Below, in pieces: positions 1-13,400 of a stretch of DNA of 64,000 bases. The first letter of the stretch is position 1, and each line of letters begins with the position of its first letter. Where the stretch lies: assembly GCA_965285935.1 (NCBI GenBank), contig OZ260663.1:32860001-32924000 (forward strand), given 5' to 3'. The notes under the pieces were generated by a model that was given only the letters and a program-made list of their open reading frames with translations, was not told where the DNA came from and ran no database searches. The translations under genes and the position numbers were made by a program. This DNA comes from Ophelia neglecta. Lineage: Eukaryota.

Positions 1-92
1 TAGTGCCTCGAAGAAGCTAATACTACGAAAGGTTATGCGATGTGTTGATATTTTCGTTTTAGTTTTATAACAAAATGAGCGGATACCTCTAC

Positions 93-184
93 CCTATTGT
101 TACCACGGGGCCAAAAATACTCGCCGAAAGAAAAGTTATCATGACGAGACAGACGGGTGGCAATAAAAAACATGTTCCGGCAAC
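93..184 (-). CDS. Possible further exon of gene 1 (GCRNMFFIATRLSRHDNFSFGEYFWPRGNNR)
   Basis: Phase-1 acceptor TGCTCAG|GTTGC is compatible with the previous exon. Donor at 92 or 86. Domain not recognised. Confidence 0.45.
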
Positions 185-348
185 CTGAGCAATAACAGCA
201 CGTTAACATAACATTCAACGAAAATTAACAGACAATAACACACTTGATTAAAGTTGTGATTTAAAAAAAATACACTGAATGTTAAGAATACTACCAAGAA
301 GGAAACGTAGTGGCCTTAGAGACAGCCTATCTTGTAAATCATCCTTAC

Positions 349-1461
349 CAATCGCAGACACATTCTGATCAACTGTCGTGAATTCAAATGTTGTTGAATT
401 CATTCCTTCTGCGTACCCTGTAGGGGTTACATTCTGCATGATACTGGTTGTTCCCTCTTGAAGTTCAGTTATATTATAATCGTACTGCATTGTGGTTACA
501 ACTGTGGCATTCCCATCTGGGCTTGTAGAACTTGTTTCAATTGTGACTGTTTTCTCGACTTCTTGAGTAACGTTTACAGTAACAGGAGGCACAGATGTGC
601 TTGTCATTGTTTCGAGGGTAGCGTTCATTGACTCGGTGGTACTATACAAGTCCGTCAGAGTCATTGATACGTTACCAGTGCCAGTTTGGGGTACAGACAC
701 TTCCGCAGAGAGGGTACTATAATCGTATTTCTCGGTTGCGTTTTTCTCTACAAGGGTGGTTTCCTGGGTGACAAATGAAGATTCAGTAACATTCCTGTCT
801 GATGAGAATGTTACGGATGTGTTGACGGAGGCTGACATTGTTACGGTAGACATTACCTGGGTAGTGGCGTTATCATACATATCCGTTACATGGGTGGAGT
901 TAGGCCCCTCAGTTAACATACCTAATGTGGCTGATACATTACTCGTCAGGCCTATTGTAGTGAAAAATGTCTCTTGGGTTACATTTTCGAAGCTTTGGGT
1001 GATATTTTCAGATACGGGACTAAATGTTGTGTTCGGCATTGTCTCGTAAGTGAAGTTGGACGACTGTGTTGCAGGAAGCGTCGTCACTATATCTGTGACG
1101 GTAGCATTGTCGACGCCAGTCGTCGAGATTGAATCTAGTGTACCATTTTGTTCTAAACCTTGTGTAACGAAGGTAGTTGTTGTGGCACTTATATCTGGAA
1201 TGATGGCACTGGATTCCGAACCAGTGTCATTTATCGATGGCGTAGTTGGCACCAACGGAGTGCCGCCTGTTGGAGAAAGTGTTATATTCGCAGGTGGGTA
1301 AATTGTTATGTTCGCGGATATTGTTCCATTTACTGTAAGAGTTGTTTCAAATACTTTTGATGCCGTTCCTGTGGTTTCAAAGACTGTGCTTTGATAACTA
1401 GATGCTGTGGCTTCCGTGGAGGTGGTCCCGGTAGGCAAGGTTGGCAATGAAGTTTGTTCAC
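349..1461 (-). CDS. Gene 1 third Thr-rich stalk exon, saturated with N-glycosylation sequons
   Basis: 1113-nt phase 1-1 exon inside ORF 248..1561. Acceptor AAAG|GTGAAC, donor G|GTAAGG. Confidence 0.88.
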
Positions 1462-4400
1462 CTTTTAGGAAACATAACACAGAGGAAATTGCAAGACAAC
1501 AGAGTTGTAAGCATTCCAAACGAGCAAGTAACATGCAACGTAACATAAAATTAGGAGACACCAGAAGATATGGAAAGCAAATAGACTAAGAGGTAAATTG
1601 CATAAACATACAGTACCGTAAAATCAAAATTTTCGAAATAGTTCACCTTATTATTTTAACAGTAGTGTGCGCATTCAACGTACTACACAATCAAATCAAA
1701 TATGCAAATGTTCGAGGATGTTTTTTATCATGCATTGCGTTGCAGGTTAAAGAGTACAAACCCGTTGAAGATTGACATGTCCTGGAGTCCCCCAGTAAAG
1801 GCTTGCCCGAGGGGCAACTACATTTGAAACCACCTGGCCAAGGTGTACAAATGTCTGAACAGGCCCCGGTACAATAATCTGGAAATTGATAAACATATCT
1901 AAATAAGACATAGGGGCATAAATTTCCGTTTGGTCGAAGCATTGGATGAAGGGACAAACCAATCTTTCCCCATAACTTAATATTTATATATTGAACTGAC
2001 TCGCCGTTTTTTCTTGTTTATTTTGGAATCCGTTAGTTGCCAGATGTGTCCCAAACGCTGATGCGGCGTGGACATAATGTAGGAGTAACTTAAATATGTA
2101 ATTCAAGGCCGCTATTAATAAAGTTGGTGTTTTACCGTTTATAGTTTTAGGATGAACGATGGCAAATTGAGTAGGCCTAATCAAACCAGACACTAGTGTC
2201 TGGCTGTAGTTTCCTGTTGTGTCGGATACGGTGAGGGTCCGGAGTCCCCAATCAGAAGTATAGATGAACTCCTTATAAATATAAAGACCAAAGTAAGGGC
2301 CCTCTCCGGGCAAGGTGGCAAAACGGGTACACTCTGAAATGAAAACATCATTCGTTCACAAAAGGCCTTGCCGGGCTTTTTCTATAGTTAAAAGACGAAA
2401 AGCAGGTAGGTTCTATAAAACATACACTTACAGTCAGGCAAAAGAGCAGTGCCATTTGCACAAATTAGTGAGTGGTGGAGCTTTCTAGATATCGTTAGAC
2501 ATGAATATAAATGAAACAAGTTTAGTGTAAGTTTTGATAGGGCTACCTTCAGTGGGAATAGGACAACTATAGACTAGGCCCTCGCCTGAGTCCAGCACAT
2601 AGAGCGTCTTGGAGGAGAGGGTGTCGAGATATATGGCGTTTGGCATTGTCAGCTCTCCGAGAACTTCCTCGACATTCTCCCCCGCCATTGTACTCTTATA
2701 TACCCCTGGTCTCTCTCCAACCTCACTCCAATAAATCACACTGGCAGACAATGGAATGTAACATGATTTAATAAAACATTACGGAATTGCTGTTTCCGCA
2801 CACTCCATACACTCCATTTATTTGTGGATGACCTGCTTTCAAATACAGTGTAGCCATAAGGGATTCTAAATAAATACAGCGACTTAGTCCACGAGACAAA
2901 CTTCTGTGTTATATGTTTGATTCCTACCTGTCGTCTATTTGAATTGCCCTGGGTTTGTCCCGGCCGCTGACTAAGACTTGGTGAGTGGCATTGCTGTCGA
3001 CCAAGTCCAGTTTGGAGATCTGGCCAGACTCATACGACGTCCAGTACAGAGTCTGCTCTATAGCGTCTAAGGCCAGGCCATCCATCACCTTGTCCTCCCA
3101 CGTCTGGTATACAACACTCGTCTGACCGTCAGGAAATAGCGTCCGATAAATACGTCCGCTAAATAAACACAACAAATAAACACAACGGTAGGACAATGTT
3201 TAAGGTGGTGTGGGACCTCTACAATAGCTATTAGACATAAATTGGTCTCAATGGAATCCTAAAGTAGCAAATAAGTAATGTATATCATCATACATTGCGT
3301 TCATGCATCAAGTTTACATACAGCGGTCTTTCCCCCAAAAAAATCCCAGAAATGTTGACTTTATTCAACTTTTTGGGTAAAAAAATGCAACTTTTTTCAA
3401 ACGCCCTCAGAAAAAAATGGAACATGTTATGAGAATGACAGTTGGCTAAATATGTTCATAACAGCCTATTCTAGAAGACAGTCATACAGTTTTTCTTAAA
3501 TCCTATCCTACGTTGTGTTTTTGGGGCCATGATGACACTAGTCATCAAATAAGGTACTCATTAGTGTGTATTAATCTTTACATGCAATTTAAAAACGAAT
3601 GAAAAGGTGTATCAAAATTCTGGGCCGCCGTCACCTAGAACTAACTGCTGCAAACAGTTTTCACTTTACAGAATTCAATTATCTCAATATTTGACTGCAG
3701 TAGCTCGAATGAAAAATTGTGTATCAGTTGTAATTAAATAAAATCGACATGGCTAATAATCAACAAACAAGGTTCCAGAAGGTAGTTTTTCGCCCCTGAA
3801 CTAGGCGTAGCGGCGATAAGCTTTCACACATTTTTGGGAAACTCGCGCCAGATTATGTGACCACCAATTACACTAATTGTCATTAAAATCGCGCCAATAA
3901 AAGTGACTTTTTGACTGATTTATCGGTGAGCACCAATCATATTACTGTCAATCGCCCGGAAGCACGTGGTCGAGCCACGCTGATCCTAGACTTGGCTAAG
4001 ACCTGATGACGTCAGGCCTAACCTGGGCTGGATGGGCGGAGCAGAGATCACCGGCCCGGCTTATGACCACAATAGGTGCTAAGCCCATTATTTACGGATT
4101 AAGCCACACACTCTTGATAGCTCTAGACATACACGGATCATTACACTTTTATACTTGTTTACAAACAAATATTGCTGGATAAAATGGGAAATACGAAGCA
4201 AGATCGCCGCACATGTATTTTATTGCAAAGCCCACTACCATGCCCGGAGACGTCGCCTTTAATAGTTATTCGGATCCTAAAGACTTTCCCGATTGATCCC
4301 TAAATCAGGGCTTATCCCTTATCCCTGCTTTTCTCCGGTTCGTAGCGCCCTGAACTGTTGAATTTTAATGAGTACTACTCACCTTCCCAGCATATGCCAT

Positions 4401-7400
4401 ACACACTGTCTGCTGCGCGGGAAGCAGATGCGCTGGCAAATACCAAGGACGCATATGCGTTGGTAGGCAATCATGTAAATTACCAGTTCGTGTTGTTTAG
4501 AACTTGGACAGCTGGTAGTCAACGAGTATTTACAACTATCAGTGATTACTTTCGACCCCGGTTATTTTTTGTGATTTCACAAACACTATAGTATGTGTAG
4601 GTATCTCACCTGTTATATATACAGCTTATCACAACTATCGAAGCCTAATTGCCATTGCCTAATGGATGTTCATGCATGGCTGAACACAATAGTCATGTGA
4701 CTAACAAGACCATAACATCTCTTGTTTGTAAACAAACATTTAGCTGTTAGGCATGAATAAAAACCCTTTATTTGAGTAAATAGAAATAACTAAGAATGAT
4801 AATAAACATACCATTGGATAGAGCAAATTAAGCTCTATCTAAAACAGTACATTTTCAAAAATCACCCCATATGACATTTAACGCTGAATTAGGGGTCCCA
4901 CACACATAAGTATATGTTTTAGATTGGAATAGACCGATCACTGTACACCCCATAATATACTCCCTGGAATATATATCTCCCTTCACAACCTTTGTAAAGG
5001 GCATCTAAAACCATTTTCACCATACATACAACTTATTTGGGATTAAATGACAACACGCTCATCTAATAAACAGCAATTGCTTTATATTTTAATTATTATT
5101 TGGGACTATCGTAGTGTGTTTACTGGCTATACGCATACTATTAGTTATATATATACAGATTGACACAGCTGCCCTTACTTTGCCAAATGATGGCATTTTT
5201 TAACTCTCAACTGATGTTTGAATACGACCTTGTAAAATCGTTCCGGACATAAGGGTACGGTTTTCTTCATCACTTTAGAATGTTAAGTAAAGTGAAAATA
5301 ATAATCATATCACCTGTTAACATCCGTGAAGTAGATATAATCAGTTGTTGGGTCGTAAACCATGGCACTATAACTGCTGAAGTATTTGTTTCCCTCTGTC
5401 AGTATGTGGGGATCCTTGTTATCGGTGTCCAGTCTGATCACCTTCACCGCACTTAGATCGGCTAATACCAGATAATTATCAGGGACTGAAAGATCAGAAA
5501 CAAGAAGACATTGACACTTCATTAAAACGGTCTGAATGAATAAATGGTGAGTGTGGTCGATTTAATTTCGTGGATGTTTGTTTTGGAACATAATAAATAC
5601 CTGAACATGTTTTTCCATCACTGCTGAGGACTTTTGTATCGTAAGTTGAACAACTACACGTCGGAGTCTGGTCTTTGTCCAGAAAACAAATGGAGTCACA
5701 GCCAAACTGATCACACTGACTATCATCTGCAAACATGAAATAAGCCTTGACGTTCAACTGGGAGGGTGTGGGCACGGCGTCCCCATCCTGAACCGGGCCT
5801 GTGAATACGCACAAGCCCACACAATTCCAATCTTGGAACCCCACATATCCTACCCATTCGAGACGCTTTCTGAAGCATATAGATGAAAGGGGGATGTCAA
5901 GACCCCCCCCCCCCCTCCCTCCCCCCAATGCATCGGTGAAAAGTGTAATCAAATTTCAATATTTCATTTTGAGCAAGGCATCAACAGCATACCAGAGTCG
6001 CTGAAAAACTTTAAATCTCTGACAGTACTAATAAGATAATTGAAAATTATATTAATTGTTAGCTTAAACTGTGCAGGCAAACATGGCTAGTCTACTTTAT
6101 TCTGCGATACTAACATGTTTACCGGTAGTGCCATTCTCAATTTTTTCGATTGTTAAAACAATGTATCAATGTTTGATTTTAATGAATGTTATTTTTAGGA
6201 AAAATGCTTTGGGCTTTGAAAAGTTGGTAAATAAATGTAGCAATAATAAATAAAAGAAAGAAAATCCAAGGTAAAAATGGGTACATAATTAATGTCTGGG
6301 ATCATGTTGCTTCGATTATCAATACATAATATGCAAATCGCCCTATTTGCCGTACTTACCTGCAATTTGAGCAGTTACTTGGGTGAAGAACAAGCCCATT
6401 GGCTCTATCATACCTTCTTTTACTACTTCACCCACCCCTGTATTTACATTGTACATGTATATTCCTTCTAGTTCCCAATCACTGATAAAAAGGAAGCTGC
6501 CATTGCCTGTGATCCCAAAAGGGGTCTGAAAGGTTTTTATTTGTTTATCATTATTATTGATAAGAGCGATCACTCTGAACAGGAATGTTAAATACCAAAA
6601 TATTTCATTATTACATTCATAAAGATGGATTTTAACAAATAAATAATACAACATTACCTGTAATACTGGAGCCGCCACAACCTCCTGTGGACCAGATGTC
6701 AAGTTGAATTTGTCGATGAGCATGAGGGCTCCCGACTGGCGTGATGCAGTCTCTTGGTAGAAGGAGTCGATGATATAGACATTACCATTCAGAACGACCA
6801 CACCATTTGGAGTGTCGAGTCCATCACTGGCCACAACCTCGAGATTACTACCGTCTAAATCTGACCTTATCACAGAGGGTCTGCTCCCCCAGTCAGTCAC
6901 ATATAGTTTGCTGAAAAGCAAGTTCCAAATCAGGCCCCTCCATGAGTGTTTATTAAGATATTCATGTCCCAAATCTTCATTATAATACCTTTACAATTGG
7001 CAGCGTTAAAAAATGCTGTCATATCGATTGCAGCCTGAATGACCAATAAACTAAGCAGCATCTAACCCTTCCGCTTGGTCGATGTACAGTCCCCTGGGAT
7101 GTTCGACATCGGAGATAATGGTCCGCCTCCCGGTCCCGTCTAGGCCAATCACTTCTACCCGGTGCCAAGAAAAGGCCACGCCTTCTACCGACACGAAGTC
7201 GTGATTGGCGAAATATAGTTTCCGATTTCTCCAATCAACCACCATGCCTGGAAACAATGTCATTGACATACAAAATGGGACACTAGGTCCAACCTGTAAA
7301 AAGACGGGAGTGGACAGACTATGCACACCAATTAATCAGAATATAGTGACCGTGATATTGCGACACTTTCTATTGGTAACTATTGTCACCAAAACTGTTA

Positions 7401-10400
7401 AGAACCTGACAAGACCTTATCCTGACAAGACCTTACCCCAAAAACTTGATTATTACGGGGCTGCCAAATGACTTTACTTAAGGACTAGGAGATTTCCGCA
7501 TACCTTCTACAAACCCCAGTCCCGAAGATGACTCCAGAAAGGTTTCTTTGTTCGATCCGTCTAGGTTTACCCTCTGTATGGTCCTGCTCTGTACATCACT
7601 CCAGTACACAAACTGAAAAACAATTAACCAACACGTCTATCATGTCTGATCGGTACCCGTTTGTTACAAAGTAGGCGCTGTTAGAGGGTAACAATTAAAG
7701 CATATTGATAGAGAGGGATTCTTATATCTCACCTGATTGACTGGGTCATAAGCGATGCCCACAGGTCTGCCGCTGGTCGAGACGAGGTATGACTCCTGCT
7801 CGGTCAGGAACCGACTTCCATCAATGAAACTGATCAAACCCATCTCACCGTCGATGTACAGCAATATATCACTAGGCACTGCAAATAATGCTCATAGCGT
7901 TCTTAATGATTTCTACAACGACAATTGTTTTTTCTATTAGTATTATAATTATTGTGCCTATAGTTTGATGCGGTTATACTCTTAAGTATAATAAGGGAGT
8001 AAATGTAGTATAACTTTTAGTTCTGTTGCAACATGAAGGGTGTGACGATACTAACCGATACAATCTTTTCTGTCAGGGCCTAGAACTTTTCCACCATAGC
8101 TGGGGCAGGAACAACGATGAGAGGACAGAGAAGTGGGCAAACAGAGGGCTGAACAGCTGCTCGACAAACCACAGGCGTGCTCCACCACTGATGAAATATT
8201 ATGAATGTTGGTTAGCAAACACTAAATATTATCTGGCTAGTATTAACATGGTACACAATACAGAAAGGCACGTTGTTCTATTGGGGACCCGTTGTATCTT
8301 ACCGGGAAAGTTGGTTGGAACAGTGGCAATGCTGAATAATACTTTTGATCCGAGCCCCGAGTAGACCTGTTCTATCGAGACGTCTCCTTCTAAAACCACG
8401 GAAAACACTGCACATGTACACCAGCTTGTGATCAAGGCTTTGCCCTCCTGAATTGCTAGGCCGAAAATGGGATCATTTCCAACCAATTGGGACAGATCAG
8501 CAACAACAAAGGGAAGGACGGTGTCATCCTCTGGATTGATAGGGAAGTACTTCAATGTCTTGTCACCAGCATCGACCCAATAAAGATTTGTTGCTCTGAA
8601 AGAATTAATGAGTGTTCGTTATTTCAAGGTTTATTCAACAAAATTAAACGAGGAACCCAGAACTGTCAACACTTCTCACCCAGAATCGAAATTAATAGCC
8701 ATTTGGTTAGGCAATTCTACGTGATCACTTGAAACAATGAGAGTCCTCTCTGACCCGTCCAGTCGCGACCTCTCGATCTGCTTCGTATCTTGGTCGTTCC
8801 AAAACAGAAAGCTGTGAATAAAGAACATGAGAAGTGAGATTCTTGCTATGACAAATATTTCAAAAATTTACGCCAGTGAGGGGGAAATACAATATCGATG
8901 TTAGAATCATACCTGTTAATAGGATCTGCCAATATGCCACGCGGGTTGTACAACTTTGACGTGATCAACATCCGTTGGTAGGAGCCACTGTAATCACACA
9001 CACCGATAAGTCTCTTTTGGGCATCCGTCCAGTATAAGTTTTTCGACACCCAGTCGACAGTCAGGCCGTTTACCTCCAAAATATCTGTAACAAGGGATGA
9101 ATAGACTACTAAGTAGAAAAATATATCAGTATATGACAACACGACGACATTTCTCACACAACATTGCCCATAGGTTTTCAATCAAATTAAATATATTGCC
9201 ATTAAATTATTTACATTATGTTCTGTTCGAGCAATAGTATACTGATTATCAAGGCAGCGACGAGAAGCCTAGGCTTATGGGTCTAATAAACGTGCAATAA
9301 CATATAATAAACAAAGATATGCAATTAGTCCCGGTACCGTCTACAATTTTCGTGACTTCCGATCCGTCCAATTTACTTCTGTAAATTCCCCTGAACAAGG
9401 GTACGTTATTGGCCCAAAATAAAAACCCGGACCGAGAGTCTACAGTGAGAGCCACGATATTTCCAGGTTCCTGAAAAAAAAAACATAATTTAATATGTTG
9501 TCTTTGCATTAATCGATTCATGGATGTAAATGTATTGTTTCCACCCTTAATACTCGGGATATACATGTACATTTTATAGACATACCTGTTCGACGACTAT
9601 TTCCATCTTTCCTAGGCTAAAGAGCATAATGTGGGTCTCGTTTGTCGCATAAAAACCTGTAACATGCCCAGATTAAAAAGTATACAATATAAGCCCTATC
9701 ATAGTAACAAGATTGGATATATAATACTTAAAAGAATCTATTAACAGAGTGCTGGAAAGTTTGAAAAAAACAGCTGGCAAAGTATTAAAACAGTTCCAGA
9801 TTCTACTCTTTGAATACAACTTCTGAGTAAATGATATTGCTACTGACCCTCATCAACGGGCGTCTGAGTTGCTTCCAGCTTAACAGTCGTGTATGGAGCT
9901 CGGGGAGTCTCCTGGTCTTCTGTATCTCTCTTTGACATCTTGTCTGTCTCAATCCGCCCCGTTGACGCTGTCGATGATGCTGAAGGGGTTTTTGGTGTTG
10001 ATGACGACATACCTACTGGGCTGGGTTCTGATGTTGCTCCACCAGTGGAGAAGGTATCATTCATAGCCATACTCGACACTTTAGTTGTGAGATTCACTTC
10101 GGGTGCCGGGGACGACGTGGCATTAAGTTCAGCAGTTTGGTTGATCGCGATGGTAGGGACATTGGTGGTCAGTTCAGTCCGAGTGACCATGCTATCGTTC
10201 TTCACAACACCCTGTGTAGTTAATGACATATTGGTGCGTTCCGGCGACTCCGTGGTAGTTGTGCCATCAGCCAATGCTCCAGTGATATTTGTGATACTCT
10301 CATTCGTTACAACATCAACTGTCGGCAGCGTTGCGCTTATGGTTGCGTTCTCACTTACGTCTGGTATTGCAGCCGTAGAAGACATATCTAAACTTGTATT

Positions 10401-13400
10401 CTGCGATTCAAATGTTTGTGACAACGTGCCCTCTGGTGATGGTCTCGTCGTCCTTTCTTCAATTGGTTGTTCTAATGTTGAATCCGATACAAAAGATGAG
10501 GAAGGCATTGATCCTGCTGTTGAAGGGGGATGTATCGATGTCATCTGGATGGTAGAGGAAGCTGGTGGACTACCACTGGAAACAGAAATCTCCTGGGTTG
10601 TGTTCTGAGCATCCGGTTGTGATGGTAACGCCGACACTGGTTCTTTGGATACCGGCATTGACGTAGTAATGTCTTTGTATGTGGCAGTAGTTGAGTCACC
10701 CAATGTAGCATTTGCCGAGGGGCCTGTTGTGAATGAGTCGTTTTGCAGCGGGCTGACACTTGTAACCGTTGGGAAACTTACAGAGGAAGACGCAGTTTCA
10801 TTGGACGGGGTAACTCCCGTCGAGGCCTGGCTTGGAGCAGTTGCTCCTTGAGTGACTTGGATATCTGGACTCAGAGAGGAAAAGTCTGTCTCCATTTTTG
10901 TTGGAATGGCGGAGGTCATTAAGGCAGTCGACTCGGGTCCGCCTGAAGGCGGCGTTTCCGAGGATGCCCCATCACTTGTACCGTTGCTGCTTATTTCTGT
11001 GGTAGCTTCATACACAGCACAAGCATCACATGATCGCATGCAGTTAAGGTTCATCCAAATTTGATTTGCTTCACATTCTCCTATCTCCGCCCATTCATCG
11101 CAACGAGCTTCGTCTTCATATACATTCACGCACTCTGTCATGATAATGTATTAACAGAGTTTATATCTAATATAAAATTATCTTACCATTATATGAGACT
11201 TCAAAATCATGGAACTAGAAGTTTTGCGATAATAAACAGAATAGATGAATAACACTAATTCATTTGCATCAAAGATAAAACTAGCAAAACATTTTATTAA
11301 GCAAAACTGGAGAAAATAATTTACTTCTATAATAGTAAATAAGATAAAATGTTAGTTTGGAGTTAGTATAAGGCAGGCACAGAGACTGCTTACTGCATGT
11401 AGTGGATGCTTGCTCACAGGTCTTCAGTATGTCGTCCCACACCAGTCCTGAGGGACAAGGCAGGTTGTCATAGAACTCTCCCCCGCCACAGGCAGCGTAT
11501 ATTTCACACCCACCACATGACTGGTAGTTACCATCGGGGCGACCCTCACAGCTCGAGATACACCGTTCTTCTGACGCTAAAAAATATAAAAACATAAGCC
11601 AATTATACCTACGAGACATCAAAGAGTCATCAGAATTTGAGGAAAATTAAACCATATAATTATAGTTCGAACATGTACCGTCTTAGCTTCTCAAATCATT
11701 GATGGTAATAGTAGTTTTAGCCTTATTTTCTTTTTAATTCTACTAAATACGAAACCTGATATAGTTTACAGTGCCAAGTATATAGAACTAGCAACTCTGA
11801 TACTAACATTAGCACCGCAACGTCACTAAGAGAAAAATTATGGCTATTGATTAAACGCGGATGTGCGGAGGCGGAGGTCATGAGTTTTTCGATACACGAA
11901 GCAAAATATTGTCAGCAAGGATAGGGGTAGGGCTGAAGGTTAAGTTTAGGGTCAGGGAAAGGGTTAGGGACAGGTTCACAAAGGTCTAGTGTTGTGTCCT
12001 TATCTCGACATTTACCTCCGCAAGGCTCCGTGCCTCCGCTTTTAATCAAAAGCCCAAATTATCATGGCACCGCCACGTCACTAGTGACAAATTTACATGG
12101 CACGGTCACGTCACCAGTGACACATGATAGCGGCGTGGCAGACGATATCCCGGGTTGGAGGGGAAGTTGACAGACAGTAGACAAAACATTTAACAGCAGC
12201 TCCCCAACAACCAATTTAATGCCGGACTTAACCCAAAATAAACTACAAATTGACTTCTTTGTTTCAAAGTTGCCCCTAAATGAATGGTCACCAAGTTTAA
12301 AACCAAATGTTAATATGTGTTAACATATTATAAATATGAGTTGACTGTCCAATATGATAGTGTCTGGTATATTATCCATATGCCAATATTGTTTTGTACT
12401 TTAAAAAAGCCTCAGACCTATATGGGTTTTTTCAAGCGACAATATCATATTGGCCAGACAATAAATATAACCTGTTTTTTCGCAACTGAAACGGTACAGC
12501 TCAAGCAAAAAATGCGGACAGGCGATACAAAGCACGGTAAGCAAGATATGAAGCTAATAAAGCAAATACCACTTGGAGGGTCAGAGGGCGAGACGCATGC
12601 GCCACAAGCCTCTCGACAGTTTTCCTTCATGTAGTCGGGGTTGTTGTTACATTCTCCAAGCAATGCCCATTCCACGCACTGTGAGTCTCCTACTATATTG
12701 CCACATGCTACAGGAAAATGGAACATTCATATCAGGTGAAAGCAGAAAAAATGAGGCCGCCATTGCGTTCAGCAAACGAAATAACATTGAGAAAAAATCC
12801 AATAAAATAAGCCAGTATTCGGGTACTTAATTTATCGACTCGTTGTGTGAATGCTTTTGATGGGAATCATTAAATAAAAGGGAACATGGATTGAAAAAGT
12901 CACCATCATGCATTTTATTAAACGTTTGTTTTAAGTATTTTTCAAACAGGTACCTAGTAGATCTAAATTCTATGGATGCAGGAAATAACAATAAGTCAAT
13001 ACAGCCACGTTGTTAATAAAACCATGCAAGGATCGGAAAAAAAGGAAATGGTATTCTTAGTTAATGTCATTACACATGCACTGTAAACTCAGACTACCGT
13101 CACGGACGCACCGTCACGGACATACTGTCACGGCCGTACCGTCACGGACGTACCGTCACGGACGTACCGCCACGGACGTACCGTCACGGACGTACCGTCA
13201 CGGACGTACCGTCACGGACGTACCGTCACGGACGTACCGTCACGAACCTACCGTCACGGTACGTCCTCGGCGTACCGTCACGGACCTACCGTCACGGACA
13301 TAACGTCACGGACGCTGCAGTGCTGGAATATAAGATTCGCACTAAGGCTACCGTTTTCATTTCACATCAGCCTCCGTGCTGGTTACGGATTTAAACTTAC

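Noticed and set aside
1762-9656. Naming gene 1 as LRP4/5/6, LRP1/2 or vitellogenin receptor
   Set aside because: No LDL-A repeats in the window, a ShKT/CBM14 N-terminus, and the C-terminus is not visible. Orthology cannot be supported.
13064-13303. 79-aa ORF with VPSRTYRHGRT repeats
   Set aside because: Translation of the 14-bp minisatellite, antisense within an intron.
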